Part shown: piece after piece, positions 1-9,748 of the stretch | Layout of the letters: each line of letters starts with the position of its first letter | How positions within the stretch are numbered: position 1 is the first letter of the stretch | Assembly (NCBI GenBank): GCA_038746055.1 | Contig: JBCDKX010000001.1 | Span: 1,215 to 65,214 of the forward strand | DNA length: 64,000 bases | Source of the DNA: Pseudomonadota bacterium | Lineage (GTDB): Bacteria > Pseudomonadota > Alphaproteobacteria > Sphingomonadales > Sphingomonadaceae | Direction: 5' to 3' | Notes under the pieces: generated by a model | Seen by the model: only the letters and a program-made list of their open reading frames with translations | What the model was told of the DNA's origin: nothing | The model's database searches: none | Program-made: the position numbers and the translations under genes

Positions 1-1
1 C

Positions 2-1381
2 GGCGACAATCGCCATCACCGTTGCCGCCTGTTCGCCGCCCATCACACCGGTTGCGGCATTGGGCCAGAGATAGAGGAAATCCGGTTCAAATGCGCGGCC
101 GCACATGCCGTAATTACCCGCACCATAGCTCGCGCCAATCTGAAAAGTTATGCGCGGAACCTCGATATTGGTGACCGCCTGGATCATCTTCGAGCCATGC
201 TTGATCATGCCCGCCTGCTCATATTGGGTGCCAACCATATAGCCAGTGGTATTGGAGAGGAAAATGACCGGCAGATCAGACTGATCCATCAGCTGCATAA
301 ATTGCGCCGCCTTGGTCGCGCCATCGGGATCGATCGGGCCATTATTGCCGATAAATCCGCAACCAAAGCCCATGACTTCGGCCTGACCGCATACTGTCGA
401 AACGCCATAGCCGGGTTTGAAATCGACAAAGTCGGAACCATCGACCGTGCGCGCAATCACCTCGCGCACATCATAAGGGATGCGATAATCGACGGGGACA
501 ACACCGGCGATCTCATCCGGATCATAAAGCGGCAATCGCGAAGCATAAGGTGGTGGCGCAGGACAACGCCGATTCCATTGCAGCCGCTCGACCACATCGC
601 GCGCCATCAGCATGGCATCACCGTCATCATCTGCGAGATATTCGACCAGCCCGGATACCGTGGCATGCATTTCCGCGCCGCCCAATTCCGAGGCTTTGGC
701 AATCTCGCCCGTTGCGGCTTTGAGCAAGGGCGGCCCGGCGAGAAAGGCTTTGCCATTATCCTTTACCGCGACGACATAGTCGCTCATGCCCGGCATATAG
801 GCACCGCCTGCGGTTGAGGAGCCATGCAATATGGTGATGACCGGAATACCGGCCTTTGAGAGCTTGGCCTGGCGCGCAAACAGACCGCCACCTTCGACAA
901 AGCCGCCCACGGTATAATTATAGAGATCAGCGCCACCGCTTTCGACGAGATGGATAAAGGGCAGTTTCTGCTCGAGCGCAATATGCTCAGCACGCTGCAA
1001 TTTGTATGCTGTAGCGCCGGTTAGCGCGCCACCCTTGATCCCGCTGTCATCGACCACGACCATGGAGCGGACACCGCGGACAAATCCAATGCCGGAAATC
1101 TGAGTCGATCCCGGAAGCGATTTCGCCTCATCCTTGGTGTCGGAAAGATAGCCGGTGACATTGCCCAGCGAGAACCATGGCATACCAGGGTCCAATATGC
1201 GCGAAAGCCGCTCTCTCGGAGTAAGCTGTCCGCGCTCTTCAAAACGTGGTTTGCGCTTTTCCGAAATCAGACCGGCACGGGCATTGAGTTCGTTGAGTTT
1301 CTCAATCAGCGCCATCATATCGGCACGATTTTGCTGAAACGTCTCTGATGACGTGGATATGCGGGACTGAATGATGCTCAT
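2..1381 (-). CDS. atuC: Acyl-CoA carboxylase carboxyltransferase (beta) subunit, AtuC/geranyl-CoA carboxylase-like; runs off the left edge of the window
   Basis: Absent from the ORF track (no stop in window). Hand translation from ATG 1381, which overlaps the atuA stop as ATGA: MSIIQSRISTSSETFQQNRADM...RGQLTPRERLSRILDPG...IKGGAL...LPFIHLVESGGADL, typical of MCC/AtuC beta subunits; lies directly downstream of atuA. Confidence 0.85.
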   Translation of the reverse strand, partial: MSIIQSRISTSSETFQQNRADMMALIEKLNELNARAGLISEKRKPRFEERGQLTPRERLSRILDPGMPWFSLGNVTGYLSDTKDEAKSLPGSTQISGIGFVRGVRSMVVVDDSGIKGGALTGATAYKLQRAEHIALEQKLPFIHLVESGGADLYNYTVGGFVEGGGLFARQAKLSKAGIPVITILHGSSTAGGAYMPGMSDYVVAVKDNGKAFLAGPPLLKAATGEIAKASELGGAEMHATVSGLVEYLADDDGDAMLMARDVVERLQWNRRCPAPPPYASRLPLYDPDEIAGVVPVDYRIPYDVREVIARTVDGSDFVDFKPGYGVSTVCGQAEVMGFGCGFIGNNGPIDPDGATKAAQFMQLMDQSDLPVIFLSNTTGYMVGTQYEQAGMIKHGSKMIQAVTNIEVPRITFQIGASYGAGNYGMCGRAFEPDFLYLWPNAATGVMGGEQAATVMAIVA

Positions 1382-3165
1382 ATCAGGCTCCGGGCAAGGT
1401 TGGAGGGAATAGCAATCGGTGTTTCGAGCAGTATCTGGGCATAGGCCTTGCCCTGCGGATCATTACGCAGGCTGGCCATGCCGCCACCGCCTAGCACTTC
1501 ATGCAGCAATATGTTCATTGCGCCGGTGCTTGGCAGATAGAAGCGCTCTACATCGCCATTGAGGAAATGCGCGAAACTCTGGCGGATGGTATCCTCATCC
1601 AGCGCCGCCCATATCCATGGCGCAAAAGCCGGATCGCGCGGCAGTACGCCGATATTGGCCTTGTCGCCCTTATCACCTGATCGCGCCCAAGCGAGCGTGT
1701 ACAGCGGAACTTCCCTATCAGCATCGCCTTCAGGCACCGATGGGGCCGACTGATCGGCCGACTCCACAGACTGACCCGCAGTCATAGGGACTTCCGTTTC
1801 GCTCCCCTGATAATGCAGCACCGGCATAACCTGCTCACGCGGCAGCAGCAGCGAAAATAACCGCACAACCGGTGACGGCTTGGCGCGATTGCCGCCAAAA
1901 AGCGTCAGGCCCGGCGGTGTGGCCAGCGCCAATCCAGTAGCTTCTTTTAGGATCAGGCCGGCCGCACGTGGGTCTTCGTGCTTTACCGCCAGCTTTACCG
2001 TGACATCACGCGCGGTACTATCGCGCTGGTCATCGCCAAAAGTACTACCGTCGCCAACCATCTCGATCAGCGTTTCGGTAAAGTCGGGAGCATTCATCCG
2101 CTGCAGCTTCCGTCGCGCGCGTTTGAGCGACATTTCGGCGAAGGTCTGTGCCTTTTTCGGTGCATCCTGACCGATAAAGAAAAAGCTGGTCCCCGCCCGC
2201 CAACCATCGGCATAGGTCACGCTAACCTTGAGTGTATCGGGAGCCGAGTGACCGACGGCTCCCGCGATCGCCACCTTATCCGGGGCGATCTGCGTTAGCG
2301 TCACTCCAGAAAAGTCGCACACAACATCGGGCAGGATATAGCTTTTCGGATCGCCGATCTCATAAAGCATCTGTTCGCCGACCGTAGCAGTCGTGACCTG
2401 ACCACCTGTGCCTTCCGGCTTGGTGATGGTGCAGCCACCGTCCGACGCAATTTCCGCAATCGGATAACCGATCACATCTAGCGTATCGGCGACATCTTCC
2501 CAGTCGGTGAAATTGCCGCCGGTAGCCTGTGGCCCGCATTCGATAATGTGCCCGGCCAGACTGGCAGCGGCGAGCTTGTCCCAATCATCCATCGCCCAGT
2601 CAAAGGCATGGATGCAGGCGCCCAGAGTTACCGCGCTATCAACGCCGCGACCGGTGATGACAATATCGGCACCCTTCCGCAGTGCCTCGGCAACCGGCGC
2701 AGCGCCGAGATAGGCATTGATCGAGGCTACTTTCTCGACATCCGGGAACGCTTCACCGGAGAACATATCACCATGCCCTGCCCCGGCAAATTCACCTGCG
2801 CGATCAATCAGATCATCGCCGGTGATCACCGCGACCTTGAGGTCAAGGCCAGCCTCGTTGATCAGCGCCTCAATCGCTGCAGCACAGGCCAGCGGGTTCA
2901 TACCGCCAGCATTGGAAACAATCTTCACCCCCTGCCGCGCAATTTCGGCAAGATTGGGCTTCATCACCGCAGAAACAAAATCAGTGGCATAGCCTTTTTC
3001 TGGATCACTGGCCCGCGCACGCGCCATGATCGACAGCGTCACCTCGGCGAGATAGTCGAACACGATATAGTCCAGCCCACCGGCCGCCAGAAATTGCGGC
3101 AGAGCCATGTCGGACTCGCCCCAAAAGCCACTCGCACCGCCGATCCGGATGGTTTTGCCTGTCAA
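1378..3165 (-). CDS. atuA: Acyclic terpene utilisation AtuA family protein
   Basis: 595 aa; IRIGGASGFWGES, FDYLAEVT, GHIIECGPQATGGNF, ARSGDKGD and DPQGKAYAQILL are AtuA hallmarks. Confidence 0.93.
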   Translation of the reverse strand: MTGKTIRIGGASGFWGESDMALPQFLAAGGLDYIVFDYLAEVTLSIMARARASDPEKGYATDFVSAVMKPNLAEIARQGVKIVSNAGGMNPLACAAAIEALINEAGLDLKVAVITGDDLIDRAGEFAGAGHGDMFSGEAFPDVEKVASINAYLGAAPVAEALRKGADIVITGRGVDSAVTLGACIHAFDWAMDDWDKLAAASLAGHIIECGPQATGGNFTDWEDVADTLDVIGYPIAEIASDGGCTITKPEGTGGQVTTATVGEQMLYEIGDPKSYILPDVVCDFSGVTLTQIAPDKVAIAGAVGHSAPDTLKVSVTYADGWRAGTSFFFIGQDAPKKAQTFAEMSLKRARRKLQRMNAPDFTETLIEMVGDGSTFGDDQRDSTARDVTVKLAVKHEDPRAAGLILKEATGLALATPPGLTLFGGNRAKPSPVVRLFSLLLPREQVMPVLHYQGSETEVPMTAGQSVESADQSAPSVPEGDADREVPLYTLAWARSGDKGDKANIGVLPRDPAFAPWIWAALDEDTIRQSFAHFLNGDVERFYLPSTGAMNILLHEVLGGGGMASLRNDPQGKAYAQILLETPIAIPSNLARSLI

Positions 3166-3237
3166 TGCGCTTCCCTCACATTCTCATTTCTAACATGCGC
3201 GCAAAAAGCCTTGCCGACTCTGCTTTCCTTTTGCTTG

Positions 3238-3274
3238 AATGATTGATACTCAGAATATATAAGTCAAGCTCATT
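3238..3274. promoter_or_regulatory. Divergent atuA / acyl-CoA dehydrogenase promoter region with an imperfect inverted repeat (possible TetR operator)
   Basis: AT-rich intergenic DNA; AATGATTGA...TCAAGCTCATT imperfect inverted repeat; a TetR gene lies in the divergent operon. Confidence 0.3.
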
Positions 3275-3322
3275 TTTTGATTCACCCAGCCATATTTGGC
3301 AGCAATCCATGAGATAGATCGC

Positions 3323-4465
3323 ATGCAGAACCCTTTTGAAAATGACGAACGCCGCGCCTTTCGCGAGATGATTCAGACCTTTGTCGCCAATGAGGTCGCG
3401 CCTTATGCCGATGAATGGGATGAAGCCGGAGAAATCCCGGCCGAGCTGCACGAAAAGGTAGGCGCACTCGGCGCTTTCGGTTTCGGCGTCGATGAAAAAT
3501 ATGGCGGCCTTGGGTTCGATGATTGCTTCATGCGCGCCGCCTATGCCGAAGAAATCAACCGTTGCGGCGCAACCGGCATAGCGGCAGCTCTGGGCGGTCG
3601 CTCTATTTCTATCGGGCCAATTGCAGCCATGGCCAATGATGATATCCGCGAAATGTGTCTGCGTGATATTATTGAAGGCCGGAAAAGCTCGAGCCTGGCC
3701 ATCACAGAACCCAGCGGCGGCTCCGATGTGGCGCGCTTGCAAACAACAGCGCGCAAAGATGGCAATCATTATGTCCTAAATGGCTCCAAGACGTTCATCA
3801 CCAGCGGTATGGTATCTGACTATTTTGTCGTCGGTGCCCGCACTTCAGGCGAAGGTCTGCACGGCATATCGCTGTTCTTTGTCGAGGCCGATGCACCCGG
3901 CTTTTCACGCACCGCCCTACCCCGCAAAATGGGCTGGTGGGCTTCGGATCAGGCGACACTGTATTTTGACGAATGTCGCGTCCCGGCAACCAATTTGATG
4001 GGTGAGGAAGGCAAAGGTTTCCTCGCCATCATGAACAATTTCAACTATGAGCGGCTCGGCCTTGTTGCCGGAATGCTGGGCATGATGCGTGTCTGTTTTG
4101 ATGAATCCGTGGCTTGGGCGCAAGAGCGGGAAACCTTTGGCAAGCGGCTTATCGAGCATCAGGTCATTCGTCATAAACTGGCCGACATGTCTGCCAGAAT
4201 TGATATGATCGAGGCCTATCTCAACCATATCTGCCATCAAGCCAATGAGGGTGCGATGCCGGTCGCCGAAGTTTCCAAGGCGAAGTTCTCCGCTTCAAAA
4301 GCGCTCGAATTCTGCGCCTCTGAAGCGATGCAAATTCTCGGTGGGGCCGGATATCTGCGTGGTAATCCGGTCGAGCGCATGTATCGCGAAGTGAAAGTTC
4401 AGGCGATTGGCGGCGGTTCAGAAGAAATCATGCGCGATCTCGCTGTACGCCAAATGGGGCTGTGA
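3323..4465 (+). CDS. Acyl-CoA dehydrogenase (AtuD/citronellyl-CoA dehydrogenase-like)
   Basis: AITEPSGGSDVA, LNGSKTFITSG, KMGWWASD, FNYERL, ERETFGK and AIGGGSEEIM motifs. ATG 3323 preferred over TTG 3296. Confidence 0.92.
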   Translation: MQNPFENDERRAFREMIQTFVANEVAPYADEWDEAGEIPAELHEKVGALGAFGFGVDEKYGGLGFDDCFMRAAYAEEINRCGATGIAAALGGRSISIGPIAAMANDDIREMCLRDIIEGRKSSSLAITEPSGGSDVARLQTTARKDGNHYVLNGSKTFITSGMVSDYFVVGARTSGEGLHGISLFFVEADAPGFSRTALPRKMGWWASDQATLYFDECRVPATNLMGEEGKGFLAIMNNFNYERLGLVAGMLGMMRVCFDESVAWAQERETFGKRLIEHQVIRHKLADMSARIDMIEAYLNHICHQANEGAMPVAEVSKAKFSASKALEFCASEAMQILGGAGYLRGNPVERMYREVKVQAIGGGSEEIMRDLAVRQMGL

Positions 4466-5184
4466 ACCGGAATGGAAACAATATGACAGCATTAGACACA
4501 GCACCTACACGTCGCCAAAAGGTGGAGCTTAAAGAACGCGCTATAATGGACGCTGCGCGTGACGTCTTTTTGGAGAATGGCTATGACGGCGCGCGTATGG
4601 CCGACATCGCTCGCCGCGCCGGGGTAGCGGAAGGCACAGTCTATCTCTATTTCCGCACCAAAAATGATCTTATGCGGGCCTTTATCGCCGATTTCTGGGC
4701 CGACCTTACACAACAGGCCAAGCTTGCGGTGGACGGCATTGACGATCCGCTGGAAGCACTGGCCGCCCTCGCCCTCTTTCACATAGAATCGCTGATAGAG
4801 CGGTTCGACATCATTCAGCTGACGCAATCCGAACCGGTCGTCCCGAAAACCTCTGCCGAAAACCGGGAATATATGCGTACCTATGTCCAGGTTTTTGACG
4901 AAACCTGGCGCAGGGGCGTGGACCGGTCACAGCTGGAAAGCGAGACCCCGTTATGGCTGGTCCGCGATATATTCTTCGGTTCACTGGAATATTCTGCCCG
5001 CACCATCAAATTTCACCCGAGACGTTCCGCAAAGCCGGTAGTGGAAAATCTGATGGCGGTCATTGAGCAAAAACATGGGCTGAAAACCAAAGACAAAGGG
5101 ACGCAAGATACTGACAGCGACGCCTTGCTGGATAGGCTGGAAACGTTGGTCGTCAGGATGGAAAAGGCTTCAGATAAGAAGTGA
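4462..5184 (+). CDS. TetR/AcrR family transcriptional regulator
   Basis: N-terminal HTH AARDVFLENGYDGARMADIARRAGVAEGTVYLYFRTK; overlaps the upstream stop (GTGA); alternative ATG near 4483. Confidence 0.92.
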   Translation: MNRNGNNMTALDTAPTRRQKVELKERAIMDAARDVFLENGYDGARMADIARRAGVAEGTVYLYFRTKNDLMRAFIADFWADLTQQAKLAVDGIDDPLEALAALALFHIESLIERFDIIQLTQSEPVVPKTSAENREYMRTYVQVFDETWRRGVDRSQLESETPLWLVRDIFFGSLEYSARTIKFHPRRSAKPVVENLMAVIEQKHGLKTKDKGTQDTDSDALLDRLETLVVRMEKASDKK

Positions 5185-5221
5185 CCTGAGGTAACTTTAG
5201 AATCTAGAACTCGGTTTACAC

Positions 5222-7066
5222 TTAAAGCCCAGCTTCGCTGAGCATCGCCGAGCCGCCTTTTTCCGCTGGATCGGCAAAGCGCCGCATCATCGCAAACAGC
5301 TCACGGCCAACGCCCTGCTCCGGCGGCGGTGGTGCAACATTGTCGCGCGCTTCCCATTCTGCAAGATCGACCAGTGCCTGCAGCACGCCGCTATTGGCGC
5401 ACACCCGCACCATGTCGCCATCGCGCAGCTTGGCAAGTGGGCCGCCATGATGCGCTTCGGGCGAAACGTGAATGGCGGCGGGTACCTTTCCACTGGCACC
5501 CGACATGCGGCCATCGGTGACAAAGGCAATCTTGTGGCCACGATCCTGCAGCACGCCGAGCGATGGTGTCAGCTTGTGCAATTCGGGCATACCATTGGCC
5601 GCGGGCCCTTGAAAGCGCACGACAATCACCACATCGCCATCCAACTCACCTGCCTTGAATGCGGTGACGACATCTTCCTGCCGGGTGAATATCCGCGCCG
5701 GGCCTTCTATGGTCCAACGCTCGCTGGCGACGGCACTGACCTTGATGGTGGCGCGGCCAAGATTGCCTGTCAGCAGCTTCATGCCACCCTGGGCCTGAAA
5801 TGGCTGGGACACAGGGCGTAACATGCTGTCATCCAGGCTGGCTTCCGGCGGCGCGACGAAGTGGAGCGCCCCCTTCTCGTCAAGTTCTGGCTCGCGCGCG
5901 CCATCGGACAGCGATCCGCCATAAACGGTGCGGATATCATCATGCGCCAGGCCAGCATTGACCAGCTCACGAATAACAAAAGGCATTCCGCCCGCCGCGG
6001 CGAAATGGTTCACATCACCAGAGCCATTGGGATAGATGCTGGCCAGTAGCGGCACGACCTTGGACAAGGCATCCATATCATCCCAGTCGATGATGATCCC
6101 GGCAGCACGGGCAATGGCGGGGATATGGATGACATGATTGGTCGAGCCGCCAGTGGCGAGCAGGCCAATCGCAGCATTGACGATCGCCTTTTCATCGATG
6201 CAATGGCCCAGCGCGCGATAATCTTCTTCGGCTTTGTCAGCGCCCTCTGCGGCCCAGCCAATTTCGGTCACGCGGTGCACCGCAGCGCGGGTCAGCTCCT
6301 GCCGCAACTTGCGGCCCGGATTGACAAAACTGGCGCCGGGCATGTGCAGCCCCATCATCTCCATCATCATCTGATTGGAATTGGCGGTGCCATAAAAGGT
6401 GCATGTGCCAGCACCATGATAGCTAGCGCTTTCGGCTTCGAGCAGCTCTTCCTGTCCCACCTTGCCTTCAGCGTAAAGCTGGCGCACTCGGATTTTCTCC
6501 TTGTTCGCCAGTCCTGAAGGCATCGGGCCCGCCGGGATCAGAATCGCCGGTAAATGGCCAAAGCGCAGTGCGCCTATCAGCAGACCAGGGACAATCTTGT
6601 CGCAAATGCCGAGCAAAACTGCACCCTCAAACATGCCATGGCTGAGCGCGACAGAGGTCGCCATGGCGATAACATCGCGGCTGAACAGCGATAATTCCAT
6701 GCCGGACTGGCCCTGTGTCACGCCGTCACACATGGCCGGAACGCCGCCTGCAACCTGTGCGGTCGCGCCTTTTTCACGCGCGAAAATTTTGATCTGTTCC
6801 GGATAGCGACCATAAGGCTGATGCGCTGACAGCATCTCATTATAGGCGGTGACAATGCCGATATTCATCGTCTTCCCGCCGCGAATAGCGGGCTTGTCAT
6901 CGCCGCTGGCCGCAAAGCCATGCGCCAGATTGCCGCAGGAGAGATTGGGGCGATGCACCCCTTCATCGCGGGCGCGATCAATAAGGTCGAGATAGGCACT
7001 GCGCGCGGGCTTAGAGCGCTGGATAATGCGTTGGGTTACGTCTTCAATAACTGGGTTCAGGGGCAT
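5222..7066 (-). CDS. edd: Phosphogluconate dehydratase
   Basis: [53 protein letters not shown] and [10 protein letters not shown] motifs. Confidence 0.97.
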   Translation of the reverse strand: MPLNPVIEDVTQRIIQRSKPARSAYLDLIDRARDEGVHRPNLSCGNLAHGFAASGDDKPAIRGGKTMNIGIVTAYNEMLSAHQPYGRYPEQIKIFAREKGATAQVAGGVPAMCDGVTQGQSGMELSLFSRDVIAMATSVALSHGMFEGAVLLGICDKIVPGLLIGALRFGHLPAILIPAGPMPSGLANKEKIRVRQLYAEGKVGQEELLEAESASYHGAGTCTFYGTANSNQMMMEMMGLHMPGASFVNPGRKLRQELTRAAVHRVTEIGWAAEGADKAEEDYRALGHCIDEKAIVNAAIGLLATGGSTNHVIHIPAIARAAGIIIDWDDMDALSKVVPLLASIYPNGSGDVNHFAAAGGMPFVIRELVNAGLAHDDIRTVYGGSLSDGAREPELDEKGALHFVAPPEASLDDSMLRPVSQPFQAQGGMKLLTGNLGRATIKVSAVASERWTIEGPARIFTRQEDVVTAFKAGELDGDVVIVVRFQGPAANGMPELHKLTPSLGVLQDRGHKIAFVTDGRMSGASGKVPAAIHVSPEAHHGGPLAKLRDGDMVRVCANSGVLQALVDLAEWEARDNVAPPPPEQGVGRELFAMMRRFADPAEKGGSAMLSEAGL

Positions 7067-7689
7067 GTTTCACTCCAGTATATGGTGACAGGTGGGCCAG
7101 CACTGCGCAACAATCGCGCAATTGGCAGGTCATTCTCACCTGCCAGTGCTCCATCAAGCACATTGCGCTTCTCTGCGCCCTTGCCAACCAGGATGATAGC
7201 ATCGCTATTGTTAATCGCCGCCATATTGAGGCTGATCCGGTCAAAGGGTGCTTCGGGCGGCAACGGATTGGGTGTCAGGGTGATGATAGCTGGGTCGCCA
7301 TAAGGGTGCGGGTCGCTGCTGGGGAAGAGCGAGGCGATATGGCCGTCCGTCCCCATGCCGATCCACACCAGATCGAAGCGTGGTGGCGGATTGTCAAACT
7401 CTTGCAGCGGCGTCACCACAGCTTCGGTTGCCTCTAGTGCGTTGGCAAGTCGGCCATGATTACTGGCCTTGTGATCGCCGGGCACAAGACGGTCATCACC
7501 CAATGTCAGCAGCACATCATCCCATTTGATCGGGCGCTCTGCCAATTCGGCAAAGATGGGAAAAGGTGTACTGCCCCCCGGCACGGCGATGGCCCGTTTT
7601 CCCTGCTTTTGCAGTGCCGCCTGTACCGCATCGGCAACCATGGCGCTGGTGGTATTTTCGATAATGGTGATAGCGCGCTGATCACTCAT
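7057..7689 (-). CDS. pgl: 6-phosphogluconolactonase
   Basis: [31 protein letters not shown] and RISL motifs; sits between zwf and edd. Confidence 0.93.
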   Translation of the reverse strand: MSDQRAITIIENTTSAMVADAVQAALQKQGKRAIAVPGGSTPFPIFAELAERPIKWDDVLLTLGDDRLVPGDHKASNHGRLANALEATEAVVTPLQEFDNPPPRFDLVWIGMGTDGHIASLFPSSDPHPYGDPAIITLTPNPLPPEAPFDRISLNMAAINNSDAIILVGKGAEKRNVLDGALAGENDLPIARLLRSAGPPVTIYWSETCP

Positions 7690-9133
7690 TCCAGCTCACC
7701 CCATCGCGTTCAGTGAGCGCGATCCCGGCACTCGGCCCCCAGCTGCCCGCACCATAGGCTTTGGGTGCTTCGCCTGCTTCCACCCATTTGGCGCGGATGT
7801 CGTCGATCCAACGCCATTGCGCCTCCACCTCATCGCGGCGGACAAACAGCGTCGGATCGCCATCAATCAGGTCAAGCAATAGTCGTTCATAGGCGATACG
7901 CCGCCGCGCCTTGGCAAAGGCTTGCGTAAGCGAAAGGTCAAGCGGCACCTCACGCAACACCACAGCATCACGGTCCATACCCGGCTGTTTCGCCATCACT
8001 TGCAGGCGGACATATTCCTCTGGCTGCAACCGGATGACCAGACGGTTAGCATTGAGCTTCCCACCCCGCGCGGCAAAGATATTATGCGGTACACATTTGA
8101 ACTGGATGACAATCTCGCTGCGCCGTTCGGCCAGCCTTTTCCCGGTGCGCAGGTAAAAGGGCACACCCCGCCAGCGCCAATTGTCGATATGCGCTTTGAT
8201 CGCGACAAAGGTCTCGGTGTCACTTGCTTCACCCAGATCCTCGGCATAACCATCGACGCTCTCACCGCTAATCGCACCGCCGCCATATTGACCGCGCACC
8301 ATCTCGCTATCGTTTACCGGGCGCAGCGAGCGCAACACCTTCACCTTCTCATCACGCACCGATGCCGCATCAAGGTCCGCCGGCGGCTCCATCGCGGTAA
8401 GTGCCAGCAATTGCAGCATATGGTTCTGCACCATATCACGCAGCGCTCCGGTATCATTATAGAAGCCATGCCGCCCTTCCAGACCGACGGTTTCGGACAC
8501 AGTGATCTCGACATGATCGACCTGCCCCGCATCCCATAGCGGCTCGAACATCATATTAGCAAAGCGCAGCGCCATCAGGTTCTGCACCGTCTCCTTGCCG
8601 AGATAATGGTCGATACGGAAAATCTGATCCTCGCTGAAAACACTGGCAACGGCATCATTGATGGCGGCCGAACTTTCCAGATCATTGCCCAGCGGCTTTT
8701 CCAGGCCGATCCGCACCTGTTCACCGGTAAGACCGGCACTGGCCAGCCCCTTTATCGTAGGTTCAAACAGAAATGGCGCGGTAGAGAGGAAGATGGCGAG
8801 GCCGTCGGAGATATCGCCGAGCTTCTGCGCCAACGCATCAAAACCTTGTATCGTCGAAGCGTCCAGCGGCTGATAATAGAGACGCTCCAAAAAGCTCTGT
8901 ATCGCATTAGCATTTTTGCGGTCATCGGGCAGAAACGCATCCAATGCCGTTCGCGCCATTTCACGATAGGCAGCGTCGTCCATGCCACTGCGCGCCGTGC
9001 CGACAATGCGCAGGCTCTCACTGATCAATCCGTCTTCATGCAGCGCAAACAGCGAAGGCAACAACTTACGCCGCGCCAAATCACCCGTGGCACCAAACAG
9101 CAACAGCGCAGAACAGCTTTTGGCTTCAATCAT
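7682..9133 (-). CDS. zwf: Glucose-6-phosphate 1-dehydrogenase
   Basis: FGATGDLARRKLLP, EKPLG, RIDHYLGKETVQN and WRGVPFYLRTGKR motifs. ATG 9133 (alternative TTG 9148). Confidence 0.97.
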   Translation of the reverse strand: MIEAKSCSALLLFGATGDLARRKLLPSLFALHEDGLISESLRIVGTARSGMDDAAYREMARTALDAFLPDDRKNANAIQSFLERLYYQPLDASTIQGFDALAQKLGDISDGLAIFLSTAPFLFEPTIKGLASAGLTGEQVRIGLEKPLGNDLESSAAINDAVASVFSEDQIFRIDHYLGKETVQNLMALRFANMMFEPLWDAGQVDHVEITVSETVGLEGRHGFYNDTGALRDMVQNHMLQLLALTAMEPPADLDAASVRDEKVKVLRSLRPVNDSEMVRGQYGGGAISGESVDGYAEDLGEASDTETFVAIKAHIDNWRWRGVPFYLRTGKRLAERRSEIVIQFKCVPHNIFAARGGKLNANRLVIRLQPEEYVRLQVMAKQPGMDRDAVVLREVPLDLSLTQAFAKARRRIAYERLLLDLIDGDPTLFVRRDEVEAQWRWIDDIRAKWVEAGEAPKAYGAGSWGPSAGIALTERDGVSWNE

Positions 9134-9347
9134 GACGGTGCGTTCCAATTTTCTGTAATGGTATAATTCACTCTAATCTGAGCGATATTAGCGCAGCACA
9201 AGCAAACCATCTACCGGAAGTAATTCGCCGGCAATGTCGGTTTCACAATAGACCTTATCGCAAGATAAGCACAGTAGCTCTTGATCAGACAGATCAAGAT
9301 AACGCTCAGCTATCATCGGTAGGTTGCTTTTATGCGAAGTGCTAAGG

Positions 9348-9587
9348 CTAGATGGCGGAGAAGCACAAGGTATCGTTGTAAATGTCGATGTCGCGTTCGA
9401 AGAACAAATCTCCTATTTTCCGCAAACTCAGCGGAAATTGAATGTATATCATGACTATGAGGTCGATAACCGCGGGCGACGAGTTAAAGCGCTTAAATGG
9501 ACTGGGAGGTTTGACTGTTGACTTGCGACTCATTCCCTGCCGCTACCAGCTCCGACCTTCAGCTGCCACGTTGATCTGACAACATCC
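9348..9587 (-). mobile_element. IS6-family remnant: left end plus truncated, degenerate transposase N-terminus
   Basis: ORF 9348..9533 (PFKRFNSSPAVIDLIVMIYIQFPLSLRKIGDLFFERDID) resembles IS6 transposase N-termini (F..F..S.E.I.L.V..Y.RFPLSLR.VEDLL.ERGID). It is preceded on the minus strand by the end-like sequence GGATGTTGTCAGATCAACGTGGCAGC (9587-9562). Confidence 0.8.
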
Positions 9588-9748
9588 TGCGGAAGCTCAG
9601 GCTATACGCATGCCAAGAAGTTGAGCTTGCTCGGAAAGCACGTCACATCAAGTTGCCCTCTGCATTCACCCACAATCTCAGGCAACAAACGATAGCTCAA
9701 ACTGAGCCGTCTGCTGACTGTCTGTTCTCCCCCGCAACGCACGCTCTG

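Noticed and set aside
197-817. 206-aa plus-strand ORF
   Set aside because: Antisense shadow of the atuC-like gene on the minus strand.
9279-9299. TTGAT...ATCAA as an FNR box
   Set aside because: The spacer is 7 nt, not 4.
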